In this document: positions 10,067-19,483 of the stretch, piece after piece
How positions within the stretch are numbered: position 1 is the stretch's first letter
How the letters are laid out: each line of letters begins with the position of its first letter
From: an uncultured Chthonomonadaceae bacterium
Lineage (GTDB): Bacteria; Armatimonadota; Chthonomonadetes; Chthonomonadales; Chthonomonadaceae
DNA length: 64,000 nucleotides
Reading direction: 5' to 3'
Assembly (NCBI GenBank): GCA_963835065.1
Contig: CAWIEK010000009.1
Location: forward strand, 96,001 to 160,000
Notes under the pieces: model-generated
What the model was told of the DNA's origin: nothing
The model's database searches: none
The model's input: only the letters and a program-made list of their open reading frames with translations
Program-made: the position numbers and the translations under genes

Positions 10067-11716
10067 ATGCCGATGATGTTCCATTCTCAGGAAGACCATT
10101 CCGAGGAAAACCACGCGCCGCAGATTGCTGCTCAGAATACGCAAGCGCCTGCGCAGGAGCGCCGCTATGACCCGGAAACGCTGCAAAAAGTGGCGATCCT
10201 TGCTACGCGCCTGCAGCAGGAACACCACGAGCAGCCTGCATCACCCGCGCAGTTGACGGCTTCGGATATGGAAGCCATCGGCCTGGAAATGGGCCTGCAT
10301 CCCGAATTCGTACAGCAGGCGCTGGCGCAGTTGGAAGAGGAACACGCGCGCATGGAAGTGGAAAAGCAACGACAGGAAGCGGTAAAGCAGAAGCAGCAGG
10401 AACAGATTGCAGAACAGCGCCGCCTGCGCGAGCAGACGACCCTGCACAAAACCGCGCTGCAGACCGAACTCGCCGCCGGGAACGCGGAGTTTTATTCCGC
10501 CTGCGCCGCCCTTGCCATTCCCTTCGCGTTCGGGTTTCTGGCCTGGCACTTCAAAAGCACGCACTGGATGGGCGGCCTGCTCACGGACGGCTATTCGCAT
10601 CCCATGATGGTGACGCGCCCCGGCATGTTGGCAGGCTTCACGATGATCGCGCCCGCGCCGCTCGCCCTGATGCTGGGCTTTCTGGCCGGCAAAAAGCGCG
10701 TCGCCTTTGCCGCGTCCGCCGCCATGATGCTTGCGCTCGCTCCGACGTTTCCGTTCCTTGTGGAAACCGGGCAGACTTATTTCTCAATCCTGCGCAACTT
10801 GTTCGATTATACGGGCGAGATGTTCGGCTATGTGTTCTTTGGCCTGCCCGTCGTCGGCCTGATGGCGATCACGGGAGCCTGGGCGCGCAAAACCTATTTC
10901 CCGTTCGGCGGCAGGCAGCGCGACAATGCCGACGTAAATTCGGTTCAGCACAAAGAATACGCCGCGCCCAAAATCGCGCCCGCGCCCCAATTGCAGCCAA
11001 TGTCCTATGCGCAGGGCGCGCAGGCGCAGTCCTATGCGGCACAATCCAATACAGCGGCACAACCTTACCAGGCCGCGCAGCCTTACATGCCCGGACAGGC
11101 GTATGGGCAGACACCGCAGTACGCGCCGCCACCGATGCAGACTCCCTATACCGGACAAGCGCAGCATCCGGGGCAGGCATACGCGCAGCGCCCGGAGCAG
11201 ACACACGCGCCGATGCAAACCACGCCCATGTACCATCAAAATCGGCGCGCGGTCCTGAGCCTGGAAGTGGCGGACAAAGATAAGCTGCGGCAAAGCGCCA
11301 CGCTGGTTGCGGTAGACTATTCGTTCGGGCAGTTTCGCTCGTGGGTGGAAGAGCTTGTGCGCGGGTGCGGCGGCGAAATGCAAACCGGCGTCAACCTGAC
11401 AGCGACCTTTCCAACGGACGCGCAGGCAATGCGCGCCGCGCGCTTATTGCAGGAACGCTTGCCGCAGTTCAACCAATCGCTCAACCGCCTGCCCCTGCCG
11501 TTCCTGTTACGCGCCGCCGTGAGCGCGGGCGATGCCAATTCCAGCCTTGCGTCCCAGCGCAATGCGGCCCTGTTGCGCAACGCGAACCCCGGCGATACGC
11601 TTGTCAGCAGCGAAGTGGGCGCGGCGGCCTTAGCTGAATTGGGGCAGTTGACTCCCCTCCCCGCCTCGCTGATGGGCGAGATGGCGTTTGTATGGCGGGC
11701 GGAAAAGCAAGGATGA
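10067..11716 (+). CDS. Membrane protein: N-terminal helical domain, 4 TM, Q/P/Y-rich linker, degenerate class III cyclase-like C-terminus
   Basis: Hydrophobic segments, low-complexity linker, RAVLSLEVAD...ATFPTDAQAMRAARLLQ...LRAAVSAGD. Confidence 0.7.
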   Translation: MPMMFHSQEDHSEENHAPQIAAQNTQAPAQERRYDPETLQKVAILATRLQQEHHEQPASPAQLTASDMEAIGLEMGLHPEFVQQALAQLEEEHARMEVEKQRQEAVKQKQQEQIAEQRRLREQTTLHKTALQTELAAGNAEFYSACAALAIPFAFGFLAWHFKSTHWMGGLLTDGYSHPMMVTRPGMLAGFTMIAPAPLALMLGFLAGKKRVAFAASAAMMLALAPTFPFLVETGQTYFSILRNLFDYTGEMFGYVFFGLPVVGLMAITGAWARKTYFPFGGRQRDNADVNSVQHKEYAAPKIAPAPQLQPMSYAQGAQAQSYAAQSNTAAQPYQAAQPYMPGQAYGQTPQYAPPPMQTPYTGQAQHPGQAYAQRPEQTHAPMQTTPMYHQNRRAVLSLEVADKDKLRQSATLVAVDYSFGQFRSWVEELVRGCGGEMQTGVNLTATFPTDAQAMRAARLLQERLPQFNQSLNRLPLPFLLRAAVSAGDANSSLASQRNAALLRNANPGDTLVSSEVGAAALAELGQLTPLPASLMGEMAFVWRAEKQG

Positions 11717-11913
11717 AGGATGAAGCATGAAGGATGAAAATTTGGTCCCGCCTGCCGATAGCGATGGTAAGGCGGGAACCATTGGCGCGTCTTATTTGTT
11801 ACATAAGCGGCGTTTCGTTCAGAACCTACATAGCAAGCCGTCAGGCAGTTACCATGCAGTTACATTGCAGTTAGATAAATGGGCAACGTACCCATAGAAA
11901 AGGATTTTGCGCA

Positions 11914-13158
11914 ATGAAACGTTCGTATTTACTCGCTCCTGTCGCATTGGCGGGACTTTGGAGTTTGACCGGGTGCGGGCATCGAGTTCAAACAGCCTCC
12001 ATGGCTCCGCCGGTGACGCAAAACGCGCCCATGAATAACGGTGGAATGAACGGGGGAATGAATGGAGGCATGGGCGGCGGCATGAACGGCGGCGGGACAA
12101 TGCCTGTCGGCAACATGCAGGGCGGCGTGTATAACTGGCAGGACGTGCCCGCGAATCAGCAGGTGGGCATTCAGCGCGCGCAGTTCGATCAGGGCGGCTA
12201 CCAATTGATTACCGACAGCGGCGATACTATCGTCGTGCCGTTCGTCAACCAGAATTTGTACGTGATGAAGTTCGGGCGAACGAATGGACAGGCGTACTTT
12301 ATCAACGACAATGGCGTCCCGACGCTGTACCTCGCGCCCGGTTCCGGGCTGTCCAACGCCAGCGCGCAGGGCGCGATGTGGTATCCCATTCCCAACAACT
12401 ACAATTATACAAGCCCTATGTACGTTGGCATGGCTCCAAGCTGGAATGATTATGTGGGCATGGGCTGGTATCCGGGCATGGCGATGTACGGCGGTATGTG
12501 GGGCTACAACCCCTACGGCTTCCACTGGATGCCCGGCTTCAACATCAACATCGGCGGCAATCCCTATTACGGCTGGGGTTCGTACCACACGTACTACAGC
12601 AGCCATCCCGGCTATTATCGGCCCAGCGTGGTTTACCGCAACTACAACACAGCCCCGCGTGGAACCGGCTCGTACCGCTACACAGGCTCGTTCGCCAACA
12701 ATGGGCGCAGCACGGGTTCGTTCCGACCCGGCGCTTCCGGCTCCACCGGCTCGTTCGGCAGTCGGCCCTCGGGATCAACCGGCTCCTTTGGCAGCCGTCC
12801 CTCAACGGGCTTTGGTTCGCGGCCTTCCGGCACATTCGGAAGTGGTTCTAGTGGCACGGCAGGCGGCACGGGTTCGTTCGGCAGTGGAACCCGGTCCGGC
12901 GGAACTTTCGGCGGCGGCTCCTTCGGCGGGACGCGGCCGGCCTTTAACGGCGGCGCGTCTGCCCCATCCGGCGGAACCTCTGGCAGCCGTCCGAGCGGCA
13001 GTTCCTTCGGCGGTGGCAGCGGTGGTTTCTCATCGCGCCCAACCGGCGGCGGCAGTTCGTTCGGCGGTGGCAGTTCGTCCAGCCGGCCCTCCGGGAGTTC
13101 CTTTGGCGGCGGCTCAACACGCTCCGGTGGCTCGTTCGGGGGCGGGCGGCGCAGGTAA
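11914..13158 (+). CDS. Lipoprotein with Y/G/M-rich middle and G/S-rich GSFG-repeat tail
   Basis: Lipobox LTGC; tail of GSFGS/GGSFG repeats ending GGGRRR; AAAGGA RBS. Confidence 0.8.
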   Translation: MKRSYLLAPVALAGLWSLTGCGHRVQTASMAPPVTQNAPMNNGGMNGGMNGGMGGGMNGGGTMPVGNMQGGVYNWQDVPANQQVGIQRAQFDQGGYQLITDSGDTIVVPFVNQNLYVMKFGRTNGQAYFINDNGVPTLYLAPGSGLSNASAQGAMWYPIPNNYNYTSPMYVGMAPSWNDYVGMGWYPGMAMYGGMWGYNPYGFHWMPGFNINIGGNPYYGWGSYHTYYSSHPGYYRPSVVYRNYNTAPRGTGSYRYTGSFANNGRSTGSFRPGASGSTGSFGSRPSGSTGSFGSRPSTGFGSRPSGTFGSGSSGTAGGTGSFGSGTRSGGTFGGGSFGGTRPAFNGGASAPSGGTSGSRPSGSSFGGGSGGFSSRPTGGGSSFGGGSSSSRPSGSSFGGGSTRSGGSFGGGRRR

Positions 13159-13365
13159 GGGCGGCAGCAGCAGAGTTGCTGATGCAAATTCGTTCTGCAA
13201 AATCTTACATTGTTTCTGAAACCTGCAATAAACGTCAACGTAATGTGGCTTGGCAGCAATGCCGCGTTCGCTGCCAGGCGCAGGTTCCACGTCAAAAATG
13301 CGCTATACTGAGAGTGCTTGCTGAGGATTGATACGTCAAGCTTGATAAGATTGAAAAGAAAGAAG

Positions 13366-15801
13366 ATGGATACTATGCTTGCGCTGCGTCCAAAAACCAA
13401 ACAAAAACAGCCTTGTAAATCAACCCAATCGCTGCCATCCCTGCCGCGTGGCTATCGGTCAACCCGCTGGAACGCCAATCGGCGCGTCAACACGGGCGGA
13501 ACCCGGTTCGCCACGCTGGTCGTTTTGGTGGCGCTGGCGGCGGGCGGCGTGTTCGCTTTTCGCCATTTCTTTCATCGAGGCGGCGAGGGCGCGGTACAGC
13601 TCATTCCCGCGGATACGCTCGTTGTCGTGACCTTAGACACCACGCCCTCCCCGGCGCAGGTGCCGGTGTTCAAGCACATCATGGACACCTTCAAAGCCGA
13701 GCATCTGGACGCCGAGCTGGAAAAGGCGATCAGCAGCGTACAAAACAGTTCGCCGCTGGCGCGCGATACGCGCCCGTTTGTGACCGGCAGCCTCGCGTAT
13801 GCCCTGCTGAAAACAAACGCCGCGAATACGGGCGCGGGATCAGCCCCCAATGGGGACAACGTGGTGTTCTTAGCCGTCAGCGATGCCCGCCGCGTTCAGG
13901 AAGCCCTGACGCGCGATGCGCAAAAGAACACGGTGAACAGCTTTGACTATTACACCATTGCGGGCCAAACCAACTGCATGGCCGTAATCGGCAGCTACCT
14001 CGTCTTGGCGGACAAGCCGCAGGACCTGACTAAAATTGAGGCGGTACGCACCGGGGAAACGCCGGCGATTTCCACGCAGACCGACTACCAGCAGGCGCGC
14101 GCCGGGCTTCCTTCCGACAGCAACATCATGCTGTTCGTGTCGCAAGCCGCCATTGCGCAGGCGCAGCAGGCCGCGCAGGGTTTGGCGGGCGGCGGGAGCG
14201 GCTCAAACAATACATCGGGTGGCCTGCTGAACAGCACCAGCAATCCCCTGAACCACGCGCACTATCTGGCAATGGGATTTGCCGTTCACGACCGGGGTAT
14301 TGATGGCGTTATGCTGTCGCCTGCCGAAGCGCCCGCCAACGCGGACGGACAGGCAATCAGCCATATCGCGCCCTTCGACGCCGAAATGTTCCGCAAAATG
14401 CCATCGGGGGCGTATGGAATTATAGCAATGTCGCAGCCCGGCCAATACTACCATTACGCCACTGCGGTAGCCGCTTCGGTCCCGGACTTTCAGCACACGA
14501 TGGACGAGGGCGTGAAAAGTTTCGAGCAGGAAACCGGCATGAGCGTGACCCGCGATATTCTGCCCGGCGTCAACGGCAACCTCGCGCTGGCCGTCTACCC
14601 GGACGCGAACAATTCCCGCAAAAGCGTGGATGGCCTGCTCGTGATGGACGACGCCAACGGAGCCGACCCCGCCAAACTTGCCGACCTCGTTCGCGGGTAT
14701 GCCGAGCGCGCGTCCGCGCAGCATGGCGGGCAAGCCTGGCATTACACGTCTGAGAACCGCAACGGCGTCCTTATCTGGACTCTGAACCCGGAAGCGCAGC
14801 GGCAAATTCAATCCCTCGGCGGCGATTCGCCGGACAGCAGAGGACAGGGAACAGGAAACAGGGAACAGGGTAATCCGTTCTCCATGCCGTCAACGCCGCC
14901 TGGTTCGGGGAGCAATCCTGATGGCGGCATGGGAAGTGGCACTATGCCCAACTCCGGCAGCAGCAATATGAATGGAGCCGACCGGCGCGGGGACAATGGC
15001 GGATTGCTGCAAAGCGGAGGCAGCAGCCGACAAAGCAACGATACGGATGTGCATATCCATGCTAACCATAACGGGCGCGTGTACGACGATACGTTCGACC
15101 TGCATCACGGCGACGACCGGGTACACGCCGACCATAACGGCGTGGATGTGCAGTCGGGGCCTGGCAACACGGTACACGTGAACCGGGGCGGACTGAGCGT
15201 TCATTCCGATGACGGCAGCAGTGTGGACATCAACCCTAACGGCATTGACATCCATGCCCATGACGACGGCACAACGCCGGGGGGAATCGCGCAAAACAAC
15301 ACGGGGCCAACCAGTTTCGGGCAAACGGGGCCGGGACAATCCGCGCCGGGAGTATCTGCGCCGCCCCATGCGAGCGACATGCAGGAGGCCATGCGCAACA
15401 AAACGGTTGCGTATGCGCAGATCGGACACGTTCTGCTGATAGCGTCGTCGCGCCGCATGTTGGATCGCGCCATTGCCGCCTATCAGAGCGGCAGCGACAC
15501 ATTGGCGAATGATCCGGGCTACGCGCAAATGCGGCAGCAAATGATACCGGGTACGCAAAATGCCCTGCTGCTGAACCTGCCGGCCATTCTGGAAGCCGTC
15601 AGACCCTACGTGACCGATGCGATGCGCAGCGACAGTTCCGGCATCAATGTCGAAGACATTCTGCGCGTGGCAGGCGCGCCCGGCAACAGCCTCGTCGCCA
15701 CCCAGCAATACGACGGCAAAACCTTCAAAACCACCTTCTTCCTGCCGCTGGATTACGAAAAGGTGATTCATTTGATCGGCGCGGGAACCAGGCATCAGTA
15801 A
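13366..15801 (+). CDS. DUF3352-like membrane-anchored protein with long low-complexity insert
   Basis: TM anchor then AVQLIPADT, IGSYLVLAD, SVTRDILPGVNGNLALAV, VLLIASS...LANDPGYAQ. Confidence 0.7.
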   Translation: MDTMLALRPKTKQKQPCKSTQSLPSLPRGYRSTRWNANRRVNTGGTRFATLVVLVALAAGGVFAFRHFFHRGGEGAVQLIPADTLVVVTLDTTPSPAQVPVFKHIMDTFKAEHLDAELEKAISSVQNSSPLARDTRPFVTGSLAYALLKTNAANTGAGSAPNGDNVVFLAVSDARRVQEALTRDAQKNTVNSFDYYTIAGQTNCMAVIGSYLVLADKPQDLTKIEAVRTGETPAISTQTDYQQARAGLPSDSNIMLFVSQAAIAQAQQAAQGLAGGGSGSNNTSGGLLNSTSNPLNHAHYLAMGFAVHDRGIDGVMLSPAEAPANADGQAISHIAPFDAEMFRKMPSGAYGIIAMSQPGQYYHYATAVAASVPDFQHTMDEGVKSFEQETGMSVTRDILPGVNGNLALAVYPDANNSRKSVDGLLVMDDANGADPAKLADLVRGYAERASAQHGGQAWHYTSENRNGVLIWTLNPEAQRQIQSLGGDSPDSRGQGTGNREQGNPFSMPSTPPGSGSNPDGGMGSGTMPNSGSSNMNGADRRGDNGGLLQSGGSSRQSNDTDVHIHANHNGRVYDDTFDLHHGDDRVHADHNGVDVQSGPGNTVHVNRGGLSVHSDDGSSVDINPNGIDIHAHDDGTTPGGIAQNNTGPTSFGQTGPGQSAPGVSAPPHASDMQEAMRNKTVAYAQIGHVLLIASSRRMLDRAIAAYQSGSDTLANDPGYAQMRQQMIPGTQNALLLNLPAILEAVRPYVTDAMRSDSSGINVEDILRVAGAPGNSLVATQQYDGKTFKTTFFLPLDYEKVIHLIGAGTRHQ

Positions 15802-15922
15802 GTAGTCAGAAGTGAGTAGTCAGTAGTCAGTAGAAATGCCTCTCGACTCAACTCTCTGCGCTACAGTAATAGCTTATAAGAAGTGGTTGTCCTACTGACT
15901 ACTGACTACTCACTTCTGACTA
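15800..15922. repeat. Heptamer hairpin (AGTAGTC)n...(GACTACT)n
   Basis: Visible tandem 7-mers in inverted arrangement; sister copy at 17059-17180. Confidence 0.85.
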
Positions 15923-15939
15923 CTTTCGGAGACATTCAC

Positions 15940-16386
15940 ATGAATAATGTCGTATTTCAAACCGGGGGCGATTGGGACAGCACGACGCTGTTCAACAATG
16001 GTATGGAAGTGATGGCCGCGCAGTTGTTTGTGGAACTCCATGCGGGGCGCGACTTCGACGGCATGCCTTCACGGGGCGGCGTGTACGATGGCGGCGAGAT
16101 TACCGCGATCATCCGCCCGCAGGACAACCCCACCTATGAAATGGGGATTTTCCCCGGTCGGCTGGAAATGATTTTCCCCGGCCATACCCTTGTGCTGGAA
16201 AACACGCATCCAGGCTTTCAATTTGAATTTACGCGCATCCTCTACAACAATCAGGACGTGACCAACCATGTCGTAGACCTGTACGTAGACATCAATGCCG
16301 TTGACAACGTGGTGACGGCGTACATTACCCTGTACAAAGCGCACTGGTTCGGCTCCGATGAAGTGGCGACGTATACTATAGTTTGA
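15940..16386 (+). CDS. Hypothetical beta-rich protein (148 aa)
   Basis: GGAGA RBS, typical codon usage, co-oriented within the cluster. Confidence 0.8.
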   Translation: MNNVVFQTGGDWDSTTLFNNGMEVMAAQLFVELHAGRDFDGMPSRGGVYDGGEITAIIRPQDNPTYEMGIFPGRLEMIFPGHTLVLENTHPGFQFEFTRILYNNQDVTNHVVDLYVDINAVDNVVTAYITLYKAHWFGSDEVATYTIV

Positions 16387-16404
16387 GTGTGAGTGAGGAA
16401 AAAA

Positions 16405-17055
16405 ATGACACATCCAAATCGTTCGAGTTGGATTCGCTTGATGCGCGCGGGACTGGCGTTTCTGTTGACGGGCGTGATGGCGCTTGCGCTGTTTGCGGAC
16501 GGCGCGATTGCGCAGCGGCGCGGCGGGGGCGGCGGGGGCGGCTCGTTTGGGCGCTCCGGCGGCGGGGGTGGCTTCGGCGGCTCGTTCGGGCGCGGCAGCA
16601 GCGGGGGCGGCAGTTTCGGCAGTGGCGGCGGTTCGTTTGGCCGTTCCAGTTCCGGCGGGGGTGGCAGTTTTGGAAGTGGAGGCGGTTCCTTCGGACGCTC
16701 CAGCAGCGGCAGCTTCGGCAGCAGCAGTAGTGGCGGGTCGTTCGGGCGCAGCGGCAGTTTTGGCGGTGGCGGAATTACCCGCTCGTCCAGCGGCACCATG
16801 ATGTATCACAACTCCCCCGCGTATGGCTACGGCGGCTACAGCTACTACTGGGGTTCGCCCTCCTGGTACTACTATACGCCGTTCCATCCCGCGTTCTACT
16901 ATTACCCGCCGTACTACAATGATGGCGCTTACTACGCGGGCGGCTTCAACTTCGGCCATTTGCTCATCAGCCTCCTTGTCTTCGCAGGCATCTTCTGGGT
17001 GATCGGCAGACTGTTCTTCCGGCGCAAAAACGTTCGGTTTACGAGCTATTCGTGA
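16405..17055 (+). CDS. Signal-peptide / Gly-rich / Tyr-rich / C-terminal TM protein
   Basis: AIA-QRR signal cleavage, GGSFGRS repeats, YYWGSPSWYYY, C-terminal TM followed by RRK. Confidence 0.8.
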   Translation: MTHPNRSSWIRLMRAGLAFLLTGVMALALFADGAIAQRRGGGGGGGSFGRSGGGGGFGGSFGRGSSGGGSFGSGGGSFGRSSSGGGGSFGSGGGSFGRSSSGSFGSSSSGGSFGRSGSFGGGGITRSSSGTMMYHNSPAYGYGGYSYYWGSPSWYYYTPFHPAFYYYPPYYNDGAYYAGGFNFGHLLISLLVFAGIFWVIGRLFFRRKNVRFTSYS

Positions 17056-17058
17056 CAG

Positions 17059-17180
17059 AGTAGTCAGTAGTCAGTAGTCAGTAGTCAGTAGAAAATCTGC
17101 TCTTGTAAGCTGTTACTGAGGTACACGGCTTTGAAGAGACAGGTGTTTCTACTGACTACTGACTACTGACTACTGACTAC
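17059..17180. repeat. Heptamer hairpin (AGTAGTC)n...(GACTACT)n
   Basis: About 4-5 tandem units on each arm. Confidence 0.88.
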
Positions 17181-17196
17181 TTCGGAGACCCCCATC

Positions 17197-17757
17197 GTGT
17201 TCGGCAAACCTTCGCAGAACAATCCCGGCAATCGCAATCCGGCGGGCAGTGCGGCCAATAATGGACAAAGCGCCAATCGGCCTGCGGTTGCGGACGAAGC
17301 GCAGATACAGGGCGGCGGATTGGCGCAGATTATTGTCACCGGGCTGTCGCCCCTGACGTTTTATCTGTTTTTGAATGACCAATTCGTGTCGCAGTTGGAT
17401 GTGGAAAGCCTGAACGTCGCCATTGAAGCGCCTTCCGACAATGATCCGAGCAGCGGCATGATACGGGCGACATTAGCCCGCTACGTGGACGCGATTACGG
17501 GCGGCAAAACCGTGCAAAGGACAGAGTTGTTTCCCTGTACGCTGGAAATTGTGGCGCAAAAACGCCGCTTGTCCGTGATTTGCAAGGACCCCAACACCTT
17601 CGATGGCTTGTTCTTAACCGTCGGATTACAGCCGGATGGAACCAGCCGCGATCTGAACGGCGTTCATTCCCTGAACGTTTTGCTGACCGAAGGATTGTTC
17701 GACGCCAAAATCATCTGGAGCGACGGGCAGACAGACAACGTTTTCCCGCAATCGTAG
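17197..17757 (+). CDS. Hypothetical protein, possible remote paralog of 15940-16386
   Basis: GTG start after GGAGA; ELFPCTLEI resembles GIFPGRLEM. Confidence 0.75.
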   Translation: MFGKPSQNNPGNRNPAGSAANNGQSANRPAVADEAQIQGGGLAQIIVTGLSPLTFYLFLNDQFVSQLDVESLNVAIEAPSDNDPSSGMIRATLARYVDAITGGKTVQRTELFPCTLEIVAQKRRLSVICKDPNTFDGLFLTVGLQPDGTSRDLNGVHSLNVLLTEGLFDAKIIWSDGQTDNVFPQS

Positions 17758-17968
17758 TTGAAAGGCGCGGTAAATAGCAATGCAGACAGAACTTCAAAGT
17801 GATATACTGTAACAAAGCGCAGGGCGTGACGTATAAGTGATATGTCACGCCATCGCTTTCAATCGCTTTCAATGGTATTGGTTCAACTCTCAACTGTTTA
17901 GCGCCTGTTTCCTGCGGTATATTTACGCGCTGCTCCACCCGGACGTATTTGGAAGAAGGCCACGCATT

Positions 17969-19318
17969 ATGCCCTTTCACTATTCGCGGACTCGCAGTTC
18001 CGTTGTTTCAGGTTCCACTTCCAATTCGCGCGGCGCGCTGCTTTCGAGCGCGCGCTACTCGTGCCCCTGGATGGGCACGCTTGCTCTGTCACTGGTTCTG
18101 GCTGTCATGTCGCGGCCGGGATCGGCGCTGAGTGGGGAGAAAGCGCCTGGCGACACGGCCCCAACCGCCGCTGCAAAGGGCGCAAGCGCGGACGCCGGGG
18201 GCGCGAAAACGCCCCTGGCAGATCCGACGCCGGTTGAAGACGGCGAAGTGAAACTAGGCCGCATGAACGCGGAAGAAAATGACCGACAGGTAAAACTGAT
18301 TACCGACAGCAAGGTTTTGGAGCGCGTGAACCGCATCGGGCAGGAGTTGGCGCGTATCGCCAACAACTATCCCATTCCCGCGACCTGGGGCAGTTCGCAA
18401 TTGAAGGCGTTCAAGTACACCTTCAAAGTGGTGGACGATAAAGATGTGAACGCTTACTCGCTGCCGGGCGGCTTTATTTATGTTCACAAAGGCTTGATTG
18501 ACGCCGTGCGATCCGATGATGAACTGGCCGGCGTTCTGGCGCACGAAATCGCCCATGCCGCGCACCACCACGTTTTGAAACTGCTGCGCGAACAGCACAA
18601 AATTGAGAACTGGATGGTTCCTCTGGAACTGCTGGCGGCTGCGGCGGCCATGAGCAAACGGGGACAGGGCGGGGCGGGCGCGCTGCAGGCCATTCAGGTG
18701 GGACAACTGTACGCGACGGCCAAAGTAAACGGGTTCGGCATTGAAGCCGAAAAGGACGCCGATCACGCGGGCTTATTGCTGATGACGCACTCGCGCTACA
18801 ATCCCGTCGGCCTTTACAGTTTTATGATTCGTCTGGCGCAACTGGAGAAATCGCATGAGCGCGGCGACCTGGGCATTTTCCGCACCCACCCGCCCGGAGC
18901 GGAGCGCGTCGAATCCGCGAAAGAACTGCTCGACAACCTCAACATTCCCATCCGCCTGGCGGATGTAGACCCCACCATTCGCGCAGTCGTCACGTCCGTC
19001 AAAGACAGCGGCATTGAAATGGCCGAAATCAAGATACGGGGCATGGTCGTTTGCCGGGTTATCAGCGACGACGGTATTCCCGCAACGGAGCGCGCCACTG
19101 ACATTGGCAAAAAGCTGACCAAACTGCTGGATGATCGCCTGCAGCCCTTCGAGGTCAAGGTAAGCCGGGACGAAACGCGCATCATGGTTCGCAATCAAGC
19201 CCTGCTTACAGACGCGGACGCCCACGCGCAAAACAAAACATTGGCGGAACTTGCCCGCCAGATCGCCGATGCCGTCGCCCAAATCAGCCAGAAAGCGCAA
19301 CTGGAAAATAATCCGTAG
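17969..19318 (+). CDS. M48 family zinc metallopeptidase
   Basis: VNAYSLPGG, ELAGVLAHEIAH (HExxH), EKDAD, THP. Confidence 0.92.
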   Translation: MPFHYSRTRSSVVSGSTSNSRGALLSSARYSCPWMGTLALSLVLAVMSRPGSALSGEKAPGDTAPTAAAKGASADAGGAKTPLADPTPVEDGEVKLGRMNAEENDRQVKLITDSKVLERVNRIGQELARIANNYPIPATWGSSQLKAFKYTFKVVDDKDVNAYSLPGGFIYVHKGLIDAVRSDDELAGVLAHEIAHAAHHHVLKLLREQHKIENWMVPLELLAAAAAMSKRGQGGAGALQAIQVGQLYATAKVNGFGIEAEKDADHAGLLLMTHSRYNPVGLYSFMIRLAQLEKSHERGDLGIFRTHPPGAERVESAKELLDNLNIPIRLADVDPTIRAVVTSVKDSGIEMAEIKIRGMVVCRVISDDGIPATERATDIGKKLTKLLDDRLQPFEVKVSRDETRIMVRNQALLTDADAHAQNKTLAELARQIADAVAQISQKAQLENNP

Positions 19319-19365
19319 ACGCAAAACTGCGGGAGTAGAGCCAATACCATGTAAAACAAGACTCC

Positions 19366-19453
19366 GTAGGGGCGCAATTTATTGCGCCCTCTGGCGCGCT
19401 TGCGCCCTCTGGCGGATGTGGCTAATTGCGGGCGTGATTTATCACGCCCCTAC
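19366..19453. repeat. GTAG-type REP inverted pair
   Basis: GTAGGGGCGCAATTTATTGCGCCC ... GGGCGTGATTTATCACGCCCCTAC. Confidence 0.8.
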
Positions 19454-19483
19454 AAATATTGTTTGAATGGCAGCGTAATTAAA

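Noticed and set aside
15800..17180. CRISPR array in the AGTAGTC repeat tracts or elsewhere
   Set aside because: These are 7-nt tandem units with no 25-45 nt repeats separated by unique spacers, and no cas genes are present.
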